The notes under the pieces: model-generated
What the model was told of the DNA's origin: nothing
Databases searched by the model: none
The model's input: the letters and a program-made list of their open reading frames with translations, nothing else
Shown here: positions 25,414-33,208 of the stretch, piece after piece
How positions within the stretch are numbered: position 1 is the first letter of the stretch
How the letters are laid out: the number at the start of each line of letters is the position of its first letter
Position numbers and translations under genes: made by a program
Assembly (NCBI GenBank): GCA_963732805.1
Contig: CAVTAW010000002.1
Span: 446,444 to 510,443, forward strand
From: an uncultured Chloroflexia bacterium
Lineage (GTDB): Bacteria; Chloroflexota; Limnocylindria; Limnocylindrales; CSP1-4
DNA: 64,000 nucleotides
Reading direction: 5' to 3'

Positions 25414-26234
25414 GCGCGCGCGGCGTGTGCCCGTGCGTGCCAGCGTTCGCTGTCCACACCCTTCCACAGCAGCCAGATCGTGAAGGCGAGCTCAGCCGGG
25501 ACCGCGAGCACCTTGACGAGCGTCGAGAGCGCATCGTCGAGATCCGGGGCCAGCAGGTGCCCGTAGCTCTGTGCCAGGTACCCGAGGCCTGCGAGGACAA
25601 GCAGGGCGCCGAGCGCTCGAGGCCAGAAGCCCGACATGTACGTCAGGTAGCCGAGCAACAGGAGGTGGAAGCCGAACAGCATCCCCCACAGGAGGATCCC
25701 GAAGGCGTTCACGTCGAGGAAGAGCATGGCGAGGGCATCGAGCTGTTTCGAGTCGAAGGCCGCGAGGTACCCCGCCCCGCCGAGGACGAGCACCACGCCG
25801 ATCCCGGTCAGGAGGTTCGCCGCCTGGATCACGGCCTCGGCGAGACGCGCAAAGGTTGCCACGAGCGCCATCGGAGCGCTGACCGGCCTGAGGATGACGA
25901 ACAACATCGCGGAGACCGCGATCTCGATCAGGAACACCACGGACTCGGCGGCCAGACCCGCCCGGAAGACGCCTGCCGATGCCGAGATGTTCGCCGCGGT
26001 CGCTGCCGCGTCGCCGGGCACCACGAGGTTGGCGCGTCCGAGCAGGTAGGGGAACGGCGCGATGATGAAGATTGCCAGGTAGAGGACCCCGACGGCCCGC
26101 GCGAGCCGCCTGATCGGGTAGCGGTCAGACGGAGTTGCGTCGGCGCGTGCCGTTGGTGCCGCGCCGATCGCGACGGGCGGACGACCGGCTGCGTCGAGCG
26201 CCGGGGCGCGCTGCGCCATTCCTTGCGCCTCCAA
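25410..26234 (-). CDS. DUF4386-family membrane protein (paralog 3)
   Basis: VGVLYLAIFIIAPFPYLL...VVPGDAAATAANISASAGVFRAG...MLFVILRPVS is the typical DUF4386 pattern. 6 TM. Confidence 0.75.
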   Translation of the reverse strand: MEAQGMAQRAPALDAAGRPPVAIGAAPTARADATPSDRYPIRRLARAVGVLYLAIFIIAPFPYLLGRANLVVPGDAAATAANISASAGVFRAGLAAESVVFLIEIAVSAMLFVILRPVSAPMALVATFARLAEAVIQAANLLTGIGVVLVLGGAGYLAAFDSKQLDALAMLFLDVNAFGILLWGMLFGFHLLLLGYLTYMSGFWPRALGALLVLAGLGYLAQSYGHLLAPDLDDALSTLVKVLAVPAELAFTIWLLWKGVDSERWHARAHAARA

Positions 26235-26398
26235 TCGCTGTGGCGGCGCCGGGACGCGCTCGCTTGGGCAAGGACGGTGCGCCCGCCGACTGTCCTAGGT
26301 CGTCCCCCGTACGGGTGATTCCGGTCGCGACGGCCGGATTCGGGGCCGGACCGCGCGACGTGGTGGTCGGATCGCGGCAGCTCTGTCAGACTCGGGAG

Positions 26399-27430
26399 GT
26401 GCTGACATCGAATGTCCGCACGCTGGGCCTCGCGACGCATCGCTTCGTGGGCCGTCTGGCGGCTCCATCGGACGTGGGCAGACGAGTGCGATACGGCCTC
26501 CCGGTCGGGGGCGCCATCGTTACCGTCGGTCTCGTTGATGCGACAACGGACGTACTGCCTGGCGGCGGCGCCTTTCTGCTGCTCCTCGTTCCGGTCATGA
26601 CGGCGTCCGCTGCCCTGGGCTTCCGGGCCGGGATGCTGACGCTCGCCCTGTGCGCGATCGGCGCGTGGGTGCTCGTGCTGCTTCGCGGGCACCCCTGGTT
26701 CACCGAACCGGCCCATCTCGCACGGATGGCCCTGTTCCTGGTGGAGGGGACGTTTGTCGCGGCCCTTGCCTTCGTCGTCCGCTCGTCGGCATTGCCGTCG
26801 GCACGGCGTGTCCCTGATGTGGACGCCTCCGGGGTCGACCCGCTGACCACCCGTGAGCTCGAGGTTCTAAGCCTGGCCGCGACGGGGCTGCAGATCCATG
26901 AGATCGCGCGGCAGCTGTTCGTGTCCCGGGAGACCGTCAAATCGCACCTCGCGCACGGCTACGCAAAGCTCGGGGCCCGCAACCGAGCCGACGCCGTCGC
27001 GCGCGCGCTGCGGGCCGGTCTCATCGAACTGGTACCTGCCGACGGGCAGCAGCACGGGCCCGCGCGCCGGGGACAGGGCACCTCGGGGCGACGCACTCAG
27101 GCTGGGCTCCAATCCCGACACCCTCAGCCAACCATCCGCCCGTCCGCAGTAGACCAGCTGCCCGGCGGTGAGCTCCGACCGCGCCCGGGGGTCGGTGGTG
27201 TCCAGGATCGCGGAGGCGTGGCGTCCCATCGCGCCTCCGCGCCATGTCGGTCCTATGAGCCAGGCGATGGCGAGGGCGCGGGCCCGAAGGTGCACGCCTG
27301 GTTGGGCGGGAAGTCGGCGTTGAGCGCGACGTTATCGAGCGGCCGGAGCGTGATCTGGGTGGAGCATTCGCCACGGGGCGCACCCGCGACATTGCCGCTG
27401 TACGGCGCCAGCCAGGCGGTGACCGAGTAG
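26399..27430 (+). CDS. membrane-associated LuxR-type HTH regulator (both ends uncertain)
   Basis: Three hydrophobic helices precede LTTRELEVLSLAATGLQIHEIARQLFVSRETVKSHLAHGYAKLGARNRADAVARALRAGLIEL, which ends near 27031. The frame then runs 133 more low-GC3 codons to a stop at 27430. Confidence 0.6.
   Translation: MLTSNVRTLGLATHRFVGRLAAPSDVGRRVRYGLPVGGAIVTVGLVDATTDVLPGGGAFLLLLVPVMTASAALGFRAGMLTLALCAIGAWVLVLLRGHPWFTEPAHLARMALFLVEGTFVAALAFVVRSSALPSARRVPDVDASGVDPLTTRELEVLSLAATGLQIHEIARQLFVSRETVKSHLAHGYAKLGARNRADAVARALRAGLIELVPADGQQHGPARRGQGTSGRRTQAGLQSRHPQPTIRPSAVDQLPGGELRPRPGVGGVQDRGGVASHRASAPCRSYEPGDGEGAGPKVHAWLGGKSALSATLSSGRSVIWVEHSPRGAPATLPLYGASQAVTE
27080..27178 (-). repeat. coding-like remnant, copy B of the 33-codon paralogous segment
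   Basis: See 12179..12277. It is embedded in ORF 26867..27295 (minus). An ATG at 27229 has GGAGG 4 nt upstream and lies 24 nt after the lipoprotein stop. Confidence 0.45.
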
Positions 27431-28533
27431 TCACCTGCCGGCAGGACGAGCGGCCATGACATATATCCCCCGCCGTAGGTCGTCGAATTGTCCTGGCCCG
27501 ACGCGTCGCCGGGCACCATGCCATCGTGGACTACCGTGCCGTCGGGTGCCGTAACGCGGTAGAAGGCAAGGACGTCGCCCGCACAGCAGTCGGCCCCATG
27601 CACGGTGGCCATCTGCCACAAGCGTGCCGGCCGATCATCCGCGGCCAGCTGCAGTGGGTGGCTGTCGATGACTGTGCCCGTGGCGTCGTCGAGGAGCCAG
27701 ACGGTTTCCGGACGGGTCTGCCCCGACGCGGCTGCGGAGCCGAGGGATCGCACCAGCCACACGACCTCATCGCCGGCGAAGTTCCAGCGCGGGTCGATCG
27801 TGGCGACGTCGCCCCGCCTGAAGGCCGCCCCGGTGAGCAGGTCGTCGCCGAGGCCGATGGCCGCCGCGACCTCCGCGAGCGTCATCCTGGGCGTGATCGC
27901 CTTGCCCGACTGCTGGTCGCCGGTCTCGGGGGCCGTGGGCGGGACATCGCTGCCATTCGCCCAGGCAACCCGGTCGACGACGAAGGCGCTCGCGCACTCG
28001 GCCTGGGTCGCCGCGGTGCACTGCCATTGCCGGGCGTCGCCGGCGTGGCCGATGAGCACGAGGGCGGCGGGCTCGCCGGTTGCGCCCCCCGTCAGGAACG
28101 ACCATACGTTCCCGCTCGTCTCGGTCATGAACCAGGGCGGAAGGTTCGTCCCGGACGGCTGGCGGCAGCTCATGCCGTTGGTGCCCTCAGGCTGGCACAG
28201 CTGGGCGCTGGCGCGGCTGTCGGTGAAGGCAACGAACCGGCACCAGTCCTCGAGCGGGCCGATGTACCGCCCCGGATACGGGCAGGACGGGGTGAACTGG
28301 TCGAAGTAGCCCGCAACCGCGACGGCCCGGCCGTCGAGCGTGCCCGCATGCAACAGATGAACAGCATCGGCAACGCTGATCACCGGCAGGCCGGCGACCT
28401 CGGACGGGAACGAACCACCTGGCGGCAGGGCCGGACTCGTCGCGGAGGGCGAGGCATTGTTGCCCGCGGACGGAGACGAGCACGCGCCGAGGAGACCGGC
28501 GATGAGCAGTGCAAGGATGCCGATGCGAGCCAT
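27253..28533 (-). CDS. Cys-rich lipoprotein, unknown function
   Basis: MARIGILALLIAGLLGACSS carries a lipobox (L-L-G-A-C). The mature part has many Cys residues and a C-terminal Pro/Ser tail. Confidence 0.7.
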   Translation of the reverse strand: MARIGILALLIAGLLGACSSPSAGNNASPSATSPALPPGGSFPSEVAGLPVISVADAVHLLHAGTLDGRAVAVAGYFDQFTPSCPYPGRYIGPLEDWCRFVAFTDSRASAQLCQPEGTNGMSCRQPSGTNLPPWFMTETSGNVWSFLTGGATGEPAALVLIGHAGDARQWQCTAATQAECASAFVVDRVAWANGSDVPPTAPETGDQQSGKAITPRMTLAEVAAAIGLGDDLLTGAAFRRGDVATIDPRWNFAGDEVVWLVRSLGSAAASGQTRPETVWLLDDATGTVIDSHPLQLAADDRPARLWQMATVHGADCCAGDVLAFYRVTAPDGTVVHDGMVPGDASGQDNSTTYGGGYMSWPLVLPAGDYSVTAWLAPYSGNVAGAPRGECSTQITLRPLDNVALNADFPPNQACTFGPAPSPSPGS

Positions 28534-28733
28534 GTCATCCCTTGCGATGAGCCGATGCCGATGCAGCCGCAACACTACGTGGACGAGCGGACCGGCCGAT
28601 TGGTTCCGCCCAGGACGCGAGGGCCGCGCCCCAGGCGTTTGGTGAGCCACACGCCAGCCCGCCCGCGGTAGCTCAGGCCGGGGTCAGCGGTCCGTGATCA
28701 GACCCCCTGGTCTCCGCTGTCGCCGGCCGCCTC

Positions 28734-29336
28734 TCACGCAGGGACCATCTTGGGGCCAGGCTCGTAGAACGTGACCTCGTCTCCCGAGTCCAGGGCCAGA
28801 CAGAGGCGCGACGATGTGAAGCTGTGCCCGACGAGGAGGAGGTCGCCCAGGGACCCACCGGTGTTGAATGCGATCAGCAACACTGCAGGGATCGCCCAGT
28901 CCGCCGGGCCCAGCAGCACCAGCAGCAGACCGATTGCGTCGATGATCGCGAACGGGCTGGACGCCACGACCGCGTACTGGCGCACGGGGATGTACCAGGC
29001 CGGCGCACCGGCGTACGCATAGAACAGACGCAGGGCGAAGGCAGGCCTGCTGCGGGTGAAGACCCAGAAGAACAACCCATGGATCAGTTCATGGGTCACG
29101 AGGAGGATCATCACCAGCCCCAACAAGCCTGCCATTCCGAAAGCCGTGATCGTCCCAGATGTGTTCGCCAGGCTCGGGTGAACCCGCGTTGCGAAGCTCA
29201 ACAGCAGCAACAGGCTGAGGACGAAGACAACGAGCGCTCCGATGTTCAGGAGAACGGCCAACCACACGTTGCTCTTCAAGTTGACGGCACCGGATCGAAC
29301 GTACCCGTCGGGCAGCGTCTTGGAGGGTCGGTCCAT
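28734..29336 (-). CDS. DUF3267-family putative membrane zincin
   Basis: HELIHG motif within a TM-rich protein. AGGAG lies 8 nt before ATG 29336. Confidence 0.7.
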   Translation of the reverse strand: MDRPSKTLPDGYVRSGAVNLKSNVWLAVLLNIGALVVFVLSLLLLLSFATRVHPSLANTSGTITAFGMAGLLGLVMILLVTHELIHGLFFWVFTRSRPAFALRLFYAYAGAPAWYIPVRQYAVVASSPFAIIDAIGLLLVLLGPADWAIPAVLLIAFNTGGSLGDLLLVGHSFTSSRLCLALDSGDEVTFYEPGPKMVPA

Positions 29337-29643
29337 GCGAGGTACTCCTGGCGCGTGTGCTGTCATCGGCAGGCTGCCGCATCGTTGCGAATGCACCGCC
29401 CCGCAGCCTGCCGTCGACGTAGCCGTCGGTCACGCTGGGGACGTTGACCGCCGCGACTCGGCGACGGATGTCGGCACCATGCGCGCGCATCCACGCGGAT
29501 CCTGGGCAACGGTCCCAACCAGACCCAGGCAGGACCCTCGACGACGATGGTGTCGAGCTCCGGGATGCCGCCCGGAACGGCTCGACCGAGCCAGCTCAGA
29601 ACCGCGTCGGGCAGGGCGGTGTCAGCAGCGGCGGGCACTCCCC

Positions 29644-30213
29644 TCATCGCGCGCCGGGGCCCCTGGTCGCCCAGGCCAGGTATGCCCCCGTGGCGAGCAG
29701 CGTGGTTCCCACGAGCAAGCCGGCGAGCCAGAACGTCGTCTCAGGGCCAAGGACGACGAGCAGCGCGAACGGTCCCAGCGCCGCAACGATGCCCAGGGTG
29801 ATGTACGCGCGCGTCCGGTACAGCCACGAGTAGGGCAGGAAGTGCCCGCCACTCGTGGCCGCGAACACCACCGGGACGTAGAGCGGATCGAGATTGAAGG
29901 CCACGATGGAGGCCGGCAGCGCGAGTCCCTGGGCAACCGCGATCAGCACGAACAGGTTGACCAGCGAGTTGTCGCGGGCCGACAGCGTCCGGAATCCAAG
30001 CGCCCGCTCGACACCAAGTGAGGCGGGGAAGGCGACGAGCCCCTGGAACAGGTAGATGAGGGCGGCCGACTTGGGAGCGATGACGAGGGCGAGGCACCCG
30101 GCCAGGATCCAGGTCAGCCCGTGGACGAACAGGAAGGACAGTCCCCCCCGGTTCGCGGCGATGCTCTCGTCCCGCTCCTCCGCAGTGGTCCGCATCTCGA
30201 TGCCCGCGGTCAC
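29644..30213 (-). CDS. membrane protein, unknown function
   Basis: Tail of ORF 29644..30384. GTG 30213 follows GGAGG (ATG 30195 is an alternative). 5-6 hydrophobic helices. Confidence 0.55.
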   Translation of the reverse strand: MTAGIEMRTTAEERDESIAANRGGLSFLFVHGLTWILAGCLALVIAPKSAALIYLFQGLVAFPASLGVERALGFRTLSARDNSLVNLFVLIAVAQGLALPASIVAFNLDPLYVPVVFAATSGGHFLPYSWLYRTRAYITLGIVAALGPFALLVVLGPETTFWLAGLLVGTTLLATGAYLAWATRGPGAR

Positions 30214-30325
30214 CGGGTCCACCTCCAGCCTCACGTGTCGGCCCTCGACCCTGCCGGAACCACGACCGAGGCGTTTCTTCGGCAGCTTCCTCGCACCACC
30301 CGGCCGACGCCGGGATCGTCCGAGC

Positions 30326-30823
30326 TCATGGCAATCCCTGCTGCAGTTCTGCGTCGAGCTGCTGCTGCCGCTGTTGCGCCTCAACCGCCAGCCAATCGCC
30401 GATCAGGTCGCGCAGCAGCTCGGTCCGGGCGGGATCGAGGTCGGCGAAGACCGCGTCGAGGACCGCCAGGCGCTCAGCCCGAACGTCGGGCTCGTAGAAG
30501 CGCGACACCTTCGCCGTGAGCTCGAGGCGAGTCGCTCGTCGATCGAACGGGTCCGGGACAAGTCGCAGGTAGCCGCGACGCTGCAGACCCAGCGCCACCT
30601 GCTTCACGTTCTGCCGCGAGCTCCCGTAGCGGACCGCCGCCTCGCTGATCGTCGGGGTATGGTCCGGGAACCAGCGTTCCATGACCGCCAGCAGCAGCCA
30701 TTGGCGCGAGGTCAATCCCACCGGCACGAGCGCATCGTCCAGGCGGCGTGACAGGTGCTGAACAAGCACCAGCAACGAACCGAAGAGGTCAGGTCGGGGG
30801 TCCGCGGATCGTGGGTCCGTCAT
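30326..30823 (-). CDS. MarR-family transcriptional regulator
   Basis: Winged-helix pattern LTSRQWLLLAVM...ISEAAVRYGSSRQNVKQVALGLQRRGYLRLVPDPFDRRATRLELT. Confidence 0.85.
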   Translation of the reverse strand: MTDPRSADPRPDLFGSLLVLVQHLSRRLDDALVPVGLTSRQWLLLAVMERWFPDHTPTISEAAVRYGSSRQNVKQVALGLQRRGYLRLVPDPFDRRATRLELTAKVSRFYEPDVRAERLAVLDAVFADLDPARTELLRDLIGDWLAVEAQQRQQQLDAELQQGLP

Positions 30824-30856
30824 ATACGTAAGGTATTACTGATCTGGGCATGGTTC

Positions 30857-30885
30857 GCCTGCCGCATGGCCCCATGCGGGCAGGC
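30857..30885. promoter_or_regulatory. 13-bp near-perfect palindrome upstream of the MarR gene
   Basis: GCCTGCCGCATGG cc CCATGCGGGCAGGC, with one extra G in the right arm. Candidate dimeric-regulator site. Confidence 0.4.
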
Positions 30886-30937
30886 CGACCGCCAGGATTG
30901 GCGTCGGATGAGTGGCGGAGTCCGGATGTAAAAGGAG

Positions 30938-30968
30938 CTTGACATCAACCGCCATGTCAAGCTAACTT
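30938..30968 (+). promoter_or_regulatory. candidate promoter with overlapping 8-bp inverted repeat for the XRE gene (apparently leaderless)
   Basis: CTTGACAT (30938-45) and ATGTCAAG (30954-61) are a perfect inverted repeat. TTGACA sits at 30939-44 and TAACTT at 30963-68. ATG 30976 is 7 nt after the -10. Confidence 0.5.
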
Positions 30969-30975
30969 TCCACGC

Positions 30976-31179
30976 ATGCGGAACGACGTGCGGGAGCTGC
31001 GGTCCATGAAGGGACTCCGGCAGGAGGACCTCGCCAGGGCGCTGAAGGTGTCGCGCCAGACGATCAACGCCATCGAGACCGGCCGCTACCTACCGTCGCT
31101 CCCACTCGCAATCGAGCTGGCACGCTTCTTTGGGAAGCCGGTGGAGGAACTGTTCCATGGACACGACGATGAGAGCTAG
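30976..31179 (+). CDS. XRE-family helix-turn-helix transcriptional regulator (67 aa)
   Basis: LRSMKGLRQEDLARALKVSRQTINAIETGRYLPSLPLAIELARFFGKPVEELF. Confidence 0.85.
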   Translation: MRNDVRELRSMKGLRQEDLARALKVSRQTINAIETGRYLPSLPLAIELARFFGKPVEELFHGHDDES

Positions 31180-31546
31180 ATGGGGCACACCGGCCCTCGC
31201 GCTGGTCTTGGGCGCGGCCATGTTCGTCGCCTCGACGCTCGGGGGCGCGCCCGGGATCGGGCTCGCCATGTTCACGGTGATGGCGATCTACGCGGCCGCA
31301 CTGGTCTTCTTCGGCGGACGAAGCGAGACGGTCGCTGTCCTCCAGGGCCGGCCGGCCGACGAGCGGCTCGCGTCCTTCAGCCTGCTGGCCACTGCCATCG
31401 CCGGGACGGTCGCCCTGCTCGTGGCCATGGGTGGCTTCCTGTGGGAGATCGCCCACGGCCAGTCCGGGAACGACTTCGCCGTGGTCGTGGCGGCCGGGGG
31501 ACTTGCCTACATCGGCTCCCTGCTGTGGTTCCGCTGGCGGGGTTGA
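31157..31546 (+). CDS. membrane protein partnered with the XRE regulator
   Basis: ATG 31157 is in frame with ORF 31130..31546. Four hydrophobic helices. 23-nt overlap with the XRE gene. Confidence 0.55.
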   Translation: MDTTMRARWGTPALALVLGAAMFVASTLGGAPGIGLAMFTVMAIYAAALVFFGGRSETVAVLQGRPADERLASFSLLATAIAGTVALLVAMGGFLWEIAHGQSGNDFAVVVAAGGLAYIGSLLWFRWRG

Positions 31547-31655
31547 CCGCGAACGGCGATCGCGCAGACGAGCCAGGGCATCACGCCGAGCCACGCGCGA
31601 TCGTCGGGGGCGTCGAGGCCGAGCCGCGGGACGCCCACGACCGGCAGGGGCGTGC

Positions 31656-32735
31656 TCATGCCGGTACTCGGGCCGCGAGCGGCCCGTCGTCTGCCCGGGT
31701 CCCGAAGAGCCTCGGTGCGAGCCGCATCGCGGACCAGACGAAGAACAGCATGACCGGCACCTCGATGAGCGGGCCCACGACCGTGGCGAGCGCCACCGTC
31801 GGGGAGAAGGCGGTGATCGCGATGGCGATCGCGATCTCGAAGTCGCGGCCGGTCGAGTTGAAGGCCACCGCAACGGCGTCCCGGTAGGGGAACCGCAGCC
31901 GCCAGCCGACCAGGAACGTCCCGAAGAACATAAGCGCGAAGAAGATCGTCATCGGGATCGCCATCTCGACGACGATCTGGGGTCGCCGGACGATGAGGTC
32001 GCCCTTGAGGGAGAACATGACGATCAGGGTGAACAGCAGCCCGAGGATCGAGATCCCGTTGAGGGCGGGCTTGAGGGCGTCCATGCCGGCCTCGCCGCGC
32101 CGCCGGACCACGGCCTGGCGCGTCAGCACCCCAGCCAGCAGCGGCAGGCCGAGGTAGAGGACGACGCTCTCCGCGACGACCCAGACATCGAAGCTGACCT
32201 CGCCGATCAGCAGGCGCGCGTAGACCGGGATCAGCAGCATCTGGATCACCGAGTTGAGCGCCACGAACACGAGGGCCATCGGCGTGTTCCCCTTGGCGAG
32301 GAAGGTGAAGATGATGACCATCGCGATGCACGGCGCCAGGCCGTACAAGACGAGCCCCGTGCGCAGCTCGGGATCGGCGACGAAGAGGTTCGCGAGCGCG
32401 AGCATCAGGAACGGGGCGATCAGGTAGTTCGCCACCACCACGACCGCGAGCTGGCGCGGCGATCGGAAGGCATCACCGACCTCCCCCACGCGGACGTTGG
32501 TCATCGCCGGGTACATCATCGCGAACAGGCCGATCGGCACGCCCAGGCTGATGAGGGCCGGCACCGTCGGCTCGAAGGTCCCGGCGGCGATCGACTTGAG
32601 CGCGTCGATCGGCGGCGTAAGCGTGAAGTCGGAGATCGACAGGGCGTTCCCGATGAGGATGCCGACCGCCATGCTGAACAGCACGAAGAACGGCAGGAGG
32701 CGGAAGTCCTCCAGGCGGGCCAGCATGCGGCTCAT
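31656..32735 (-). CDS. acr3: ACR3-family arsenite efflux permease
   Basis: 359 aa. MYPAMTNV, GLAPCIAMV (conserved Cys) and GRDFEIAIAIA (conserved Glu region). ATGA overlap with the upstream small ORF. Confidence 0.85.
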   Translation of the reverse strand: MSRMLARLEDFRLLPFFVLFSMAVGILIGNALSISDFTLTPPIDALKSIAAGTFEPTVPALISLGVPIGLFAMMYPAMTNVRVGEVGDAFRSPRQLAVVVVANYLIAPFLMLALANLFVADPELRTGLVLYGLAPCIAMVIIFTFLAKGNTPMALVFVALNSVIQMLLIPVYARLLIGEVSFDVWVVAESVVLYLGLPLLAGVLTRQAVVRRRGEAGMDALKPALNGISILGLLFTLIVMFSLKGDLIVRRPQIVVEMAIPMTIFFALMFFGTFLVGWRLRFPYRDAVAVAFNSTGRDFEIAIAIAITAFSPTVALATVVGPLIEVPVMLFFVWSAMRLAPRLFGTRADDGPLAARVPA

Positions 32736-32938
32736 CTCGCGGCCACTTCCTCCCGCCTCACGTCGAGGGACGCCCCGGGGAACGGGAGCTCGGGCCGATG
32801 CCGGCACGCGTACCGGGGCACGAGCTCGCTGCGGAACGATTCGACCAGGTGCTCCTTGCACAGCCCGACGAGGCAGAAGCGGCAGTGCGCGAGGGCGGGT
32901 CGTTCGTTGCCATCCCGCGCACACTCGTGGCAATGCAT
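32732..32938 (-). CDS. Cys-rich mini-protein, DUF2180-like zinc-ribbon pattern
   Basis: MHCHECARDGNERPALAHCRFCLVGLCKEHLVE (CxxC-x12-CxxCxxxxCxxH) plus a later Cys. GAGGAG SD. Its stop overlaps the acr3 start. Confidence 0.55.
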   Translation of the reverse strand: MHCHECARDGNERPALAHCRFCLVGLCKEHLVESFRSELVPRYACRHRPELPFPGASLDVRREEVAAR

Positions 32939-33208
32939 CGAGGGGCTCCTCATACCTCCGCGGTGCTGGTGTCGTTTCAGCACGCGCTGAGCATCTCAGC
33001 CGAGCGTGAGATGTGCCGGTGCCGAAGGTCCCGATCCTATAGATGCCGTCGCCTCGTGCAGGTATTGCAGCGAGATTCCGAGCATCGTCTCGGATGGGTC
33101 AACAGTCTCGAGGTGCGGGCGATCGGTCGGCGGCCCTCAGGCGGCGGGACCGTCAGGACCCGTAATTCGGGCGAGGACGCAGACCGAGCCGCGCGCGCCG
33201 GAGCGCGG

